This document shows positions 17,318-25,253 of a stretch of 43,117 bases of DNA, one piece after another. Origin of the DNA: a virus; the IMG/VR virus record IMGVR_UViG_3300035494_000025, positions 1 to 43,117 of that record; one strand, 5' to 3'. The first letter of the stretch is position 1. Each line of letters begins with the position of its first letter. The notes beneath the pieces were generated by a model. It saw only the letters and a program-made list of their open reading frames with translations, searched no databases and was not told where the DNA came from. The translations under genes and the position numbers were made by a program.

Positions 17318-17348
17318 ATTTTATTTGATAATAAATATCAAATAAAAT
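17318..17348. promoter_or_regulatory. 13-bp perfect inverted repeat with a 5-bp spacer (operator candidate)
   Basis: ATTTTATTTGATA-ataaa-TATCAAATAAAAT lies between two TGATATAAT boxes (17276-17284 and 17382-17390), upstream of the HTH gene. Confidence 0.45.
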
Positions 17349-17400
17349 GCTCGAGGATTGTTTTAAATTTTTAGATATATCATTATATCAATTAAAAATT

Positions 17401-17431
17401 ATCTCTCTATATTGAAGAGATATAGAGAGAT
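17401..17431 (-). terminator. Rho-independent terminator candidate after the PolA-to-hydroxymethylase operon
   Basis: ATCTCTCTATAT-tgaagag-ATATAGAGAGAT, a perfect 12-bp stem. On the minus strand it is followed by AATTTTTAATT. It lies 15 nt after the stop at 17446. Confidence 0.7.
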
Positions 17432-17445
17432 TAAGAGATAATTTT

Positions 17446-18114
17446 CTATTCTATAAAAGACTCAAATAAGGGAGCTACTAGGTCTAAGTGTCTAGGGTAT
17501 ATATGTAGACTTGCACACTGCCATATTATATCACCAGGCTGTTTACCTAATTCACTACATACTTTATCTAGCATAAACTTATGCCAAGCCCAATCATTCT
17601 TGTAACCAAATATTGCATCGTTACTACGCATTTGTACTATACAGTTGATTTTGCTACTATCATATAAATCTTGATTGTAGTTTACTGCATTAGTACAAAT
17701 GAAGTCTTTCATGCCATCTATATATGCATCCTTATGTATAGATGGTCTAGTGTATACCATAGTAGCTTGTTTAGAGTCAGGTCTTTTTCTTAGAGTTCTT
17801 ATAACATTTCTAAACTGCTCACCATTCTCCTTACTAAACACTAAGTAACCATAGTTACTATTTATATTACCATAAGTAGTAGCTACATCCATCCAAACCT
17901 TAGGAGGATTTCGCATATCATACACATTAAGTGATTGTGATAAATACCACTCTATTTCCATTTCTATGTACTCCTTGTTAGGAGTACCAAAAATTCTATC
18001 CTTATCAGCTATAAAGGATACACCTTGAATTTCTAGCATGCCTCTGCTGTTTACTTTTCCAGCAGAGTGCAATTTTCTAAACCATTGTCTTATATCATTA
18101 ACTCTCAAATACAT
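17446..18114 (-). CDS. deoxycytidylate (dCMP) hydroxymethylase, T4 gp42-like (thymidylate-synthase fold)
   Basis: These blocks match my recollection of T4 gp42: LEIQGVSFIADKDRIFG, EIEWYLSQSL, PKVWMDVATTYGNINSNYG, MVYTRPS, DFICTN (nucleophile Cys) and MRSNDAIFGYKNDWAW (Asp retained in KND). The start is moved to the ATG at 18114 (RBS gaggag, 7-nt spacer). Confidence 0.85.
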   Translation of the reverse strand: MYLRVNDIRQWFRKLHSAGKVNSRGMLEIQGVSFIADKDRIFGTPNKEYIEMEIEWYLSQSLNVYDMRNPPKVWMDVATTYGNINSNYGYLVFSKENGEQFRNVIRTLRKRPDSKQATMVYTRPSIHKDAYIDGMKDFICTNAVNYNQDLYDSSKINCIVQMRSNDAIFGYKNDWAWHKFMLDKVCSELGKQPGDIIWQCASLHIYPRHLDLVAPLFESFIE

Positions 18115-19267
18115 CTGGGTTCTCCTCAAACATTTCGTGTATTAACTTAGAATATCCAGCCAAATCTAACCATGAGTCTGCATGGGATGGGTCTGAAGCA
18201 GCTCGCATAAGTTTTAGTATTAAGTCACTAAATACTACTCTTACTGACTCAGGCAAATCTTTGTTTCGTGTAGCAATATGCTTTTCATTTAGAGCGTTCA
18301 TTATAGAACTCCTACATTCAACTCCACTTATATATGTACCGTATACAGTAGCTCTCTGACTTAACACATCATCAATAGAACTTTCTATGTTATCTTGAAC
18401 AGCTTTGGCTGCATATGTTCTGTATACATCAGTGCTTTCTATAAAACTAGATAACATATTAGTTACATTAGTTCTTGCCTCATTTAATAGCCATGCATAA
18501 TCCTCTTTTTCTAGCTTACAAGCTATGCAATCATATAGCCATCCAAGTTTTTCATTAAATAATGAAGTACGATTACCTATTAACTCTGTGGATATAATAG
18601 GCTTAATACCACACATAAATGCTTCATATATCCTGTAAGGAAAATTAGTACCATCGTGAAATTTATCACCAAATACAGGAGTTGAGTAATGCCCTATAAG
18701 CATACTCTTAAGATGGTCTAGGTCTTTAGTGAATGGCCCCATAATCCAATTCTTACTTAGTTCAGCAGGGTATCTTCTACCTATAACTGTAGTACCAGGC
18801 TGTAGAAACTTTTTATATTGCTCATGTCTCTCAGGCTTATATTGCCCCCAATATACTGAACCTGCCTTATCTGGAATTGTCAATTCCCATAAGTCATCGA
18901 AAGAGCTATCAAATAAAGCCAATTCACTAACTTGGAAATATTCCATCTTTGTATCAGATATTGGGTGCTTAGTAAATTGACTAATTATTGTACATGAATA
19001 ATAATCTTCAGGTACCCAACATGTGTGGTCATCTATAAGGTATATAGATGGTATGTTTTTCATGTACAGTAAAACATTTTTTGTATGTACTGATACTTCA
19101 TCAGATAATACCCCATTTGTAACTATAATTAAGTCTATCGTATTTTCTAGAATACTAGCATCTTCTATACGAACTACATCATATAGCTGCTCTAAAGCAG
19201 TAACTATATAATCAGCAAACTTTATATCTATCCTATGCTCTGTAAGACTTGTAACACCTATTGTCAT
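18098..19267 (-). CDS. fusion protein: T4 beta-glucosyltransferase-like domain plus a C-terminal MazG-like NTP pyrophosphohydrolase-like domain
   Basis: The N-terminal ~290 aa carry DLIIVTNG, IYLIDD, SVYWGQYKPERHE and FGDKFHDGTNFPYRIYEAFMCG. These recall the T4 BGT blocks (IYGGS.R.G.RE; GDK.Y.D.F.T.R.WE.M). The C-terminal ~90 aa carry R-x3-YG ... ILKLMRAASDPSHADSWLDLAGY, like small phage MazG-type domains. Confidence 0.55.
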   Translation of the reverse strand: MTIGVTSLTEHRIDIKFADYIVTALEQLYDVVRIEDASILENTIDLIIVTNGVLSDEVSVHTKNVLLYMKNIPSIYLIDDHTCWVPEDYYSCTIISQFTKHPISDTKMEYFQVSELALFDSSFDDLWELTIPDKAGSVYWGQYKPERHEQYKKFLQPGTTVIGRRYPAELSKNWIMGPFTKDLDHLKSMLIGHYSTPVFGDKFHDGTNFPYRIYEAFMCGIKPIISTELIGNRTSLFNEKLGWLYDCIACKLEKEDYAWLLNEARTNVTNMLSSFIESTDVYRTYAAKAVQDNIESSIDDVLSQRATVYGTYISGVECRSSIMNALNEKHIATRNKDLPESVRVVFSDLILKLMRAASDPSHADSWLDLAGYSKLIHEMFEENPDVFES

Positions 19268-20199
19268 TATTTATCCTTTAACTTTCTTGGGTCCCATAAG
19301 GTTAACACATTTGTTTCTGGGTTATATTGGTCTAATCTAACCATACGCATATTAAGTAATGCGTCAAGCATACTCTTACCAGCTTTCTCATAAGCTTCCA
19401 CTACTGCATCCCACATGTCTAACTCACTTTTACATCCTACTAATATTTTATTAGCTTTAGCAGGTCCTATGTTAGATAAGCCTATAATACCATCACCAGC
19501 ATCACCGGTTAGACATTGCTTATACCAGAATTTTTCAGGCTCTTCTGCTGTAACAAACTTCATATCTATAGGTTGTATCTCATTACCGGATTTAGGGTGA
19601 GTGTAACCAGCCCTTGTATAATAGTTGAATGCTTCATGCACAGTAGCTCCTAATACATCTTTATCAACTGCACAAACTATATATTTATCAGGGTACTTAT
19701 TACCTAACCACCAAACTGCATCATCTGCCTCACATTCATACCACATCTTTGTTTTTAGTGGGTATCTTCTACATAGTTCTTGCTTTATTTGATAAAGGCC
19801 AAATGGTGCTCTTGTGTTTGCTCCCTGAGAGTCTACCAATCTGTTGGCTTTGTACTCTTTGGCTATCCTAGTATATCTAAAGCTATCCCTACCGGCTGTA
19901 AAGTGCAAATAAAAGTCCTTACATCCAGTGTTTTCAAGAATAACGTTTAGTTTATTTATACAACTAGTAACTGCTTCATCTATGTTTATACCATATAGTA
20001 CACCAGCTTCTTCATCATAACCGGGGTCATTCTCTATTAGAAGCCATTCTTCATCAGTACATAGTGATTTATCTACTATCTCTGAATACTCACATGATAC
20101 AGCTGCAGCAAATGCTACTGTATCAGCATCTACAAGTGCTATTTTATTGTTTTTATTTGGTAATATTCTACCAGTGCTTCCAAGGTTTACATCTGTCAT
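19267..20199 (-). CDS. 5'-3' flap endonuclease/exonuclease (FEN/PIN-like)
   Basis: KIALVDADTVAFAAA, ECEADDAVWW and TGDAGDGIIGL are acidic-cluster motifs of T5 D15 / T7 gp6-like FEN enzymes. The start is taken at the ATG at 20199, which overlaps the upstream TGA (ATGA). Confidence 0.8.
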   Translation of the reverse strand: MTDVNLGSTGRILPNKNNKIALVDADTVAFAAAVSCEYSEIVDKSLCTDEEWLLIENDPGYDEEAGVLYGINIDEAVTSCINKLNVILENTGCKDFYLHFTAGRDSFRYTRIAKEYKANRLVDSQGANTRAPFGLYQIKQELCRRYPLKTKMWYECEADDAVWWLGNKYPDKYIVCAVDKDVLGATVHEAFNYYTRAGYTHPKSGNEIQPIDMKFVTAEEPEKFWYKQCLTGDAGDGIIGLSNIGPAKANKILVGCKSELDMWDAVVEAYEKAGKSMLDALLNMRMVRLDQYNPETNVLTLWDPRKLKDK

Positions 20200-20918
20200 T
20201 TTGTTTTCTCCATAAATTTCCAACTTCTACTAAATACTTGTTCTGTGCCTAGATTTGTTGCTTTTAGCACACCATAATGTCTATTTTGGAATGTACCACA
20301 ATACCTACATAACTTATTAAGCGTAGCACTCCTATAAGCATATGAATTTGATAATGTATCAGATGCTAAATAGCTCATACCATATAAATCACCACCAGGT
20401 AAATGCATCATCCTGTCTATATTCATAGCAACCGAGCATGGATAGTAGCCGCGTTCATTGAAGCCATTACCGCATATACCTGATTGTCTACACCCCATAG
20501 AAAAATCCATATCTGTATATACTGGATCATCTATAGGTGCATTCATAGTTAATGCAAATACAGGCTCAGTATCTTTTGTCTTAGATGAGTCCTCTATAAC
20601 TATATCAACTGGTGGAGTATAATGCACCAATCCATTAGTTGTAAGTATAACATTAAAATGCTGAGCTAAGTTTATAATTATATAATCTATATCAGGATGT
20701 AATGTAGGCTCACCACCAAGTATAGCAACCACTAAGTCTTTACCGTAATGCTTGTTAGCTACAATGAACTCATCTATATAATACTTATCCAGTGTTTTAA
20801 AAGTAGACTTGAACTGTGAAAATCTATTGCAGTTATTACAACTAAGATTACACACAGTATTTATGTCTATCTCAACTATTAGTTTGCCTTTTTCCATAGC
20901 TTTTTTTCTAGTAAGCAT
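20196..20918 (-). CDS. radical SAM enzyme with a Cys-rich (SPASM/twitch-like) C-terminal part; substrate unknown
   Basis: CNLSCNNC is the CxxxCxxC cluster motif and ILGGEPTLHPD is the SAM-binding GGEP motif. Later cysteines occur in CRQSGICGNGFNERGYYPC and CRYCG. Confidence 0.8.
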   Translation of the reverse strand: MLTRKKAMEKGKLIVEIDINTVCNLSCNNCNRFSQFKSTFKTLDKYYIDEFIVANKHYGKDLVVAILGGEPTLHPDIDYIIINLAQHFNVILTTNGLVHYTPPVDIVIEDSSKTKDTEPVFALTMNAPIDDPVYTDMDFSMGCRQSGICGNGFNERGYYPCSVAMNIDRMMHLPGGDLYGMSYLASDTLSNSYAYRSATLNKLCRYCGTFQNRHYGVLKATNLGTEQVFSRSWKFMEKTK

Positions 20919-22702
20919 TATTCTACCTCCATAGGTACATCTTTATATTTAAAGAGTGCTGTCTTACTAATTTCAGTCCAACCTTTTAGCATGCTTGCTC
21001 TCTGTAATGCATCCCAATATTCTTTTTCAGATTTAGGTACTCTAGAGTATATCGCATCATGTACTACATTATATATGTATTTTAATGCTAGCGGATTTTC
21101 TTTAATCATATAGTGTGCACCTAACTTAGTAGTCTCTGCACCACTACCTTGAATAGGTATATTTATACCATCTGTTCCTAGCTTAGGTTTTACTCTACGG
21201 CCTAAGGCAGTTTCAACAAAGAAATCAGGCTTTTTATACGATCTCCATATACTACCATGTAAGACAGATAGCTCAGGATACATCTCAAAATAAGCAGCTC
21301 TTAGCTCTTTTGCTTCTTCAGCAGTTACTACTATATCATAGTTAACAAATGCATAAGGTACATAGGAGTCTGCACTCATGCCAAAAACGAAACCAAAGTT
21401 AATAGCTTTAGCGTCATTACGATTTTGTTCATCTAGGTATAACTCATGACCAGTGCCCCATGGTAACATATTTCTATGATTTATGTTTGGAAAGCCATCA
21501 GGTGCTATTGATTTCTTAGAAGCCTTAACAGCCATATCAATATGTAGGTCTCTGCCTTCTTTAAATTGTTTGTACATAAATGGTACTTTGTATATTGCAC
21601 ATGCTAACCTTAACTCTAGTGTAGAGTAGTCCAAATCTATAACAGTAGTATCTCCTATATCCTGAGTAAATAGCTTCTGAAAATCTCTAGGTATTTGCTG
21701 TGCATTAAATCCATCATCTAAATCACCGCCTGCAGATGTAAACCTTCCTGTAATAGCACCAGCAGCATTAAACTTTGTGTACATTTTATCAAAGTTAATA
21801 CTTTTTAAATATGATACCTGCTTTTTGTACTTTTTAGCATTTATTATATATGATGCATTATTGCTATACTCATTGTTTTTAGATACTATGGTTACTAATG
21901 CCTCATTATCACTATTACTAGAATTTAATAATTTTCTAACTTGTTTGTATGAGTTAGGATTAAACCCTTTAGGTAGTAAGTTTGTATACTTTATTACTTC
22001 TTTCTCAGCAAACTCTAGCTTTTGCTTCCATAGTTCTCTATCAACCATAAGCCCATTTTGTTGATATATTAATGCATAAGCTTGTGACATCATATCTACT
22101 TTATAAGCTAGATTATTTTCTATAACGTTTTTGATTTTTTTATCCCGCCACATTAAAGATAAAGCAAGTACGTCTTTAGCAGCATAATCATATGCTTGTG
22201 ATGCAATGTATGAGCCTCTTATGAACCCTTTTGCAGAGTCATTAGTGTTTATACCTTTATACATATCTTTTGTATATGATAACTTGGTTACTACGCTCTT
22301 AAGGCCAAACTCCATAAACTCTGGATAAGCAGTTCTAACAGCATAAAATAGGTCATCAACTCTATGCTCATATTTTGAGTCCATAGTAATATCAGCAGGA
22401 TGTTTAGCACCCATAGATGGGGAAATATTTAATGTACCTAAATCATAACTTGAATTGTACCATACAGTATGCATAGACATTACAAAATCTTCTATTAGGA
22501 TAAGCTCTTTAGCCCATTGTTGTTTATTGTATCCTATAGGAGCAATATCTATTATGTAGATAATATCGGTTGTTTGTGGTTGTAGTACTTGTAGAGTTCT
22601 TAGTGGTCCATATAGGCCATCTGTTTCACTATCACAAAAGACTGGTAGTGATTTGTCAAAAGCGGGGAGCTCAGACACCGAATTTATTATTTTGTATTCC
22701 AT
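20918..22702 (-). CDS. DNA polymerase, family A, with 3'-5' exonuclease domain
   Basis: Exo motifs FCDSETDGL, WYNSSYDL and YAAKDV. Pol motif A DLDYSTLELR, motif B RNDAKAINFGFVFG and motif C VVHDAI. Confidence 0.9.
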   Translation of the reverse strand: MEYKIINSVSELPAFDKSLPVFCDSETDGLYGPLRTLQVLQPQTTDIIYIIDIAPIGYNKQQWAKELILIEDFVMSMHTVWYNSSYDLGTLNISPSMGAKHPADITMDSKYEHRVDDLFYAVRTAYPEFMEFGLKSVVTKLSYTKDMYKGINTNDSAKGFIRGSYIASQAYDYAAKDVLALSLMWRDKKIKNVIENNLAYKVDMMSQAYALIYQQNGLMVDRELWKQKLEFAEKEVIKYTNLLPKGFNPNSYKQVRKLLNSSNSDNEALVTIVSKNNEYSNNASYIINAKKYKKQVSYLKSINFDKMYTKFNAAGAITGRFTSAGGDLDDGFNAQQIPRDFQKLFTQDIGDTTVIDLDYSTLELRLACAIYKVPFMYKQFKEGRDLHIDMAVKASKKSIAPDGFPNINHRNMLPWGTGHELYLDEQNRNDAKAINFGFVFGMSADSYVPYAFVNYDIVVTAEEAKELRAAYFEMYPELSVLHGSIWRSYKKPDFFVETALGRRVKPKLGTDGINIPIQGSGAETTKLGAHYMIKENPLALKYIYNVVHDAIYSRVPKSEKEYWDALQRASMLKGWTEISKTALFKYKDVPMEVE

Positions 22703-22807
22703 TGTAGTTCCTTAGTGTTTTAGACAACTCTGTCTTTTAAAATGGCAATATATCATCCAATAGCGTGTGAAAGTTTGCCACTAATACCTTATAGCTTTCG
22801 CAACAAT

Positions 22808-22960
22808 TTACATCTTCAGGCTCTTTAGCTTTCTTCCCTTAGTAAGAAGACGTATCTGCTTTTGAAGACTAGCTATTTCAAGTTCGAGGTCCTTTATGTA
22901 GCTCTCTGTAGTAACGTCTACTACAGGAGTGTCTTCAATTGCTTCAACGTCTAATCTCAC
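22808..22960 (-). CDS. possible small ORF (50 aa, GTG start), coiled-coil peptide
   Basis: GAGG lies 6 nt before a GTG that directly follows the SSB stop. The N-terminus (IEDTPVVDV) echoes the SSB tail (DDVVDVETDTPEV). It is below the track cutoff and is weakly supported. Confidence 0.25.
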   Translation of the reverse strand: MRLDVEAIEDTPVVDVTTESYIKDLELEIASLQKQIRLLTKGRKLKSLKM

Positions 22961-22961
22961 A

Positions 22962-23606
22962 TTATACCTCTGGTGTATCAGTCTCTACGTCTACTACATC
23001 ATCTTCAATTTCCTCAGCATTAATTTCATTGCCGCCGCCAACATATTCAACAAAAGTAGAATCTTTAATCTGTACACCGTTAAGGTATACTTGAAGTCCC
23101 TCATTATCCTTAAATGCATTAATACCTACTGCATAGTGAATAATGCCCATTGTACCTTCACCGCAACCTTTTTCTAATGGATGTCCTGTAGGTAATTCTT
23201 TACCATTACTACCTAGTAGTTTTACTACATTAGGATTGCCATCAGGCCACGTTGTCATAGTTTTAGCCATCATAACAAATTTGCCAGTAGATTTTCTAAC
23301 TGGCTCATCTTCATCATCTAGTACAGGTTTTCCATGCTCGTCAAGAACTTTTACAAGCTCTTCTTTTATAACGTCATATTTCTGTTTACCTACACCATTA
23401 GGTTTGTTCTCACGCCAAAACTTATCAAACTCAGCTTTTAACTCAGTTGCAGTTTTTTCATCCATTGTAACTGTTGCACAATAAATGTAATTTTCTGGGT
23501 TACCATTGTCTTCAGCATCTTTTTTCAACTTTCCATTGCCTCTAACTGATACCCATGATAATGGTAATAGTTTAGTTTTTCCTACTAATTTTGCTTTTGC
23601 TGCCAT
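22962..23606 (-). CDS. single-stranded DNA-binding protein (putative)
   Basis: 214 aa ending in an acidic tail EEIEDDVVDVETDTPEV, which is typical of SSB interaction tails. It is adjacent to the polymerase operon. The fold was not verified. Confidence 0.5.
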   Translation of the reverse strand: MAAKAKLVGKTKLLPLSWVSVRGNGKLKKDAEDNGNPENYIYCATVTMDEKTATELKAEFDKFWRENKPNGVGKQKYDVIKEELVKVLDEHGKPVLDDEDEPVRKSTGKFVMMAKTMTTWPDGNPNVVKLLGSNGKELPTGHPLEKGCGEGTMGIIHYAVGINAFKDNEGLQVYLNGVQIKDSTFVEYVGGGNEINAEEIEDDVVDVETDTPEV

Positions 23607-23657
23607 TGTGTTTCCTTTTTAGTACTAATTGTTAACTAAGCCCATTTGGGAACCTAA

Positions 23658-23727
23658 GGTTTGCATTAGTCAAGACCGCCGTTATTGTCTTCGTTATCCA
23701 TTTCTGGGCTGGAACTAATGCTTAACC
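23658..23727 (-). promoter_or_regulatory. Structured, comparatively GC-rich leader upstream of the SSB gene
   Basis: An outer helix pairs GGTT-GCATTAGT with ACTAATGC-AACC. It encloses two short hairpins, TCCA/TGGA and AAGAC/GTCTT, as read on the minus strand. It lies between a hairpin after the upstream gene (23737-23757) and the SSB RBS. Confidence 0.35.
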
Positions 23728-23761
23728 TCTAAAGAGCCATACATAGTATGACTCAAAGAAG

Positions 23762-24238
23762 TTAAGCTTCTGGTTGTTCGTCTGAACCTAAACCATCTTC
23801 ACGAGGTTGGTGAATATCACGAGCTGCTTGAAGTTTATCAATTTCAATTTTAGCTTCAGCACCTGTAAGTTTTTCATCAAGCACATCAGTCATGATAGCT
23901 GCTTTAGAAGCATTAAAAGTTTTTGCAGCTTCTTTCCATTGCTTGTCACCCATATCACAATATCTTCGGTAACCATTTTTAGACTTTTCATCTTTAACGA
24001 AAAGTTCAAACTCTTCACCGTCCGCATCCAAAGCAACAACTGGTTCCCATTTTTTGTGGTAAGTACAGAAAATAAATTTAACTGAACCATCTTCACCGAA
24101 TACAGTATAATCAGATACATCCGAGCTTCCACCAACTTTTGGCTTAGTTAATTCGCTAAGTGCTGCAGTAAGTTTTTCACTTGCTTTATAAGTTGAACAT
24201 AGTTCAAGGACTGTTTCATGTAATTTTGCTTTTGTCAT
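23762..24238 (-). CDS. hypothetical protein (158 aa), paralogue-like to 31849-32310
   Basis: The start is moved to the ATG at 24238 (RBS agaggag). It shares an MTK start, a C..H...EP motif and a K.WK helix with the 153-aa protein. Confidence 0.6.
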   Translation of the reverse strand: MTKAKLHETVLELCSTYKASEKLTAALSELTKPKVGGSSDVSDYTVFGEDGSVKFIFCTYHKKWEPVVALDADGEEFELFVKDEKSKNGYRRYCDMGDKQWKEAAKTFNASKAAIMTDVLDEKLTGAEAKIEIDKLQAARDIHQPREDGLGSDEQPEA

Positions 24239-24381
24239 AATAGACTCCTCTTTTACTTTATAAGTAAAGTAATAAAACCAAAGTAATTTATTGTTGTGGC
24301 TTAATGCCAAAGTAGGAAAATCCTATAAAACCTATGTTGTATCTTTAAAAGATATAATATCTATCTCTTTTAAAGATTAAT

Positions 24382-24404
24382 ATTATATCTAATTAAATCT
24401 TAAA
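24382..24404 (-). promoter_or_regulatory. Promoter-like motif TTTAAGA-N10-TATAAT
   Basis: The minus strand reads TTTAAGATTTAATTAGATATAAT. A 12-bp-stem inverted repeat (24341-24352 / 24366-24377) follows immediately downstream. Confidence 0.5.
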
Positions 24405-24452
24405 ATTTAATAAATTTTTTTTATATATTTAAATTTAAATATATAATTTTGT

Positions 24453-25082
24453 CTAAATCGGCTTAACACTATCTGTGAATAAATATTTATGCTCTTCTGG
24501 TAAAGCTTTAAATATAGCAGTAGCAAGTAACCTAATCTCCCACAGTGCTGATTTGTCTGTACGTAATGATAAGAAGTTTTGTAAGCTCCTTGCATTAACT
24601 GTCCATACAAATGAAGTCTTATAGGCTTCTACTATGGCATACTTAGATATATCTCTAGGTAGAGACTTGCCACGTTTTTTTATAAGTTCAGATAGCTTAG
24701 TCATATGTTCAATGTTTAAATTGTCTATATCCAAATCACCAGTCATAACAAGGCATTCTTTAATAGTACCTAAACCATCAAGTACTTTCTCTAATGTATA
24801 CCTACTAGATTGAACACTAATAGATGCAATACGATGTCTAGCCTGCTCTTGCAGTAATGCCCTTGATGGCCCATCTATATCAAAGTTATAAACCAGATGT
24901 TCTAATGTTGAACTGTGCTTGTTCTTATTGCCTACTCTATCTATAATGGCCATATCTGCTTGACCAGTACAGATTACTTCACCATTGTAATCTGTATCAC
25001 TCTTATCTTCGCTTGCCCAACATTTCCTAATAGCTTTAGAAGCAACATATAAAGGTGTGCTATGTAATAATTTTACTTTCAT
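24453..25082 (-). CDS. thyX: flavin-dependent thymidylate synthase
   Basis: ThyX signature RHRIASISVQSSRY (RHR-x7-S-x-RY), with a typical N-terminus and size (209 aa). Confidence 0.9.
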   Translation of the reverse strand: MKVKLLHSTPLYVASKAIRKCWASEDKSDTDYNGEVICTGQADMAIIDRVGNKNKHSSTLEHLVYNFDIDGPSRALLQEQARHRIASISVQSSRYTLEKVLDGLGTIKECLVMTGDLDIDNLNIEHMTKLSELIKKRGKSLPRDISKYAIVEAYKTSFVWTVNARSLQNFLSLRTDKSALWEIRLLATAIFKALPEEHKYLFTDSVKPI

Positions 25083-25129
25083 TGCCTACGTTTCCTTTTC
25101 TTATTAAGTTTTGTGTTATTACATTTCTA

Positions 25130-25219
25130 CTAGTGTATGTTAATAGCTGTAACAGCTACTGTCATTGCTAACAATGTAATAATCGCTATTGTGATTACAT
25201 CAGCCTCATAGAAGCGCAT
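25130..25219 (-). CDS. possible 29-aa hydrophobic peptide
   Basis: MRFYEADVITIAIITLLAMTVAVTAINIH, with tAGGAtattt before the ATG. It fills the 25083-25253 gap. It is below the track cutoff and speculative. Confidence 0.25.
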   Translation of the reverse strand: MRFYEADVITIAIITLLAMTVAVTAINIH

Positions 25220-25253
25220 AAATATCCTAGCCTTTCTGATAAACTCTTTAATG

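Noticed and set aside
20196-20918. Radical SAM gene as QueE (7-deazaguanine pathway) or NrdG
   Set aside because: No QueC, QueD, FolE or DpdA-like gene and no anaerobic ribonucleotide reductase gene is present anywhere in the genome. The cluster motif context differs from the QueE pattern I recall.
23607-23761. Cloverleaf-like folding as a tRNA gene
   Set aside because: There is no GTTCRANNC T-loop, no D-loop GG motif, no 7-nt anticodon loop in the right geometry, and the arm lengths are wrong.
24407-24610. 67-aa minus-strand ORF overlapping the 3' end of thyX
   Set aside because: It is out of frame within the well-supported thyX gene and runs into the AT-rich promoter region. Its composition is junk-like.
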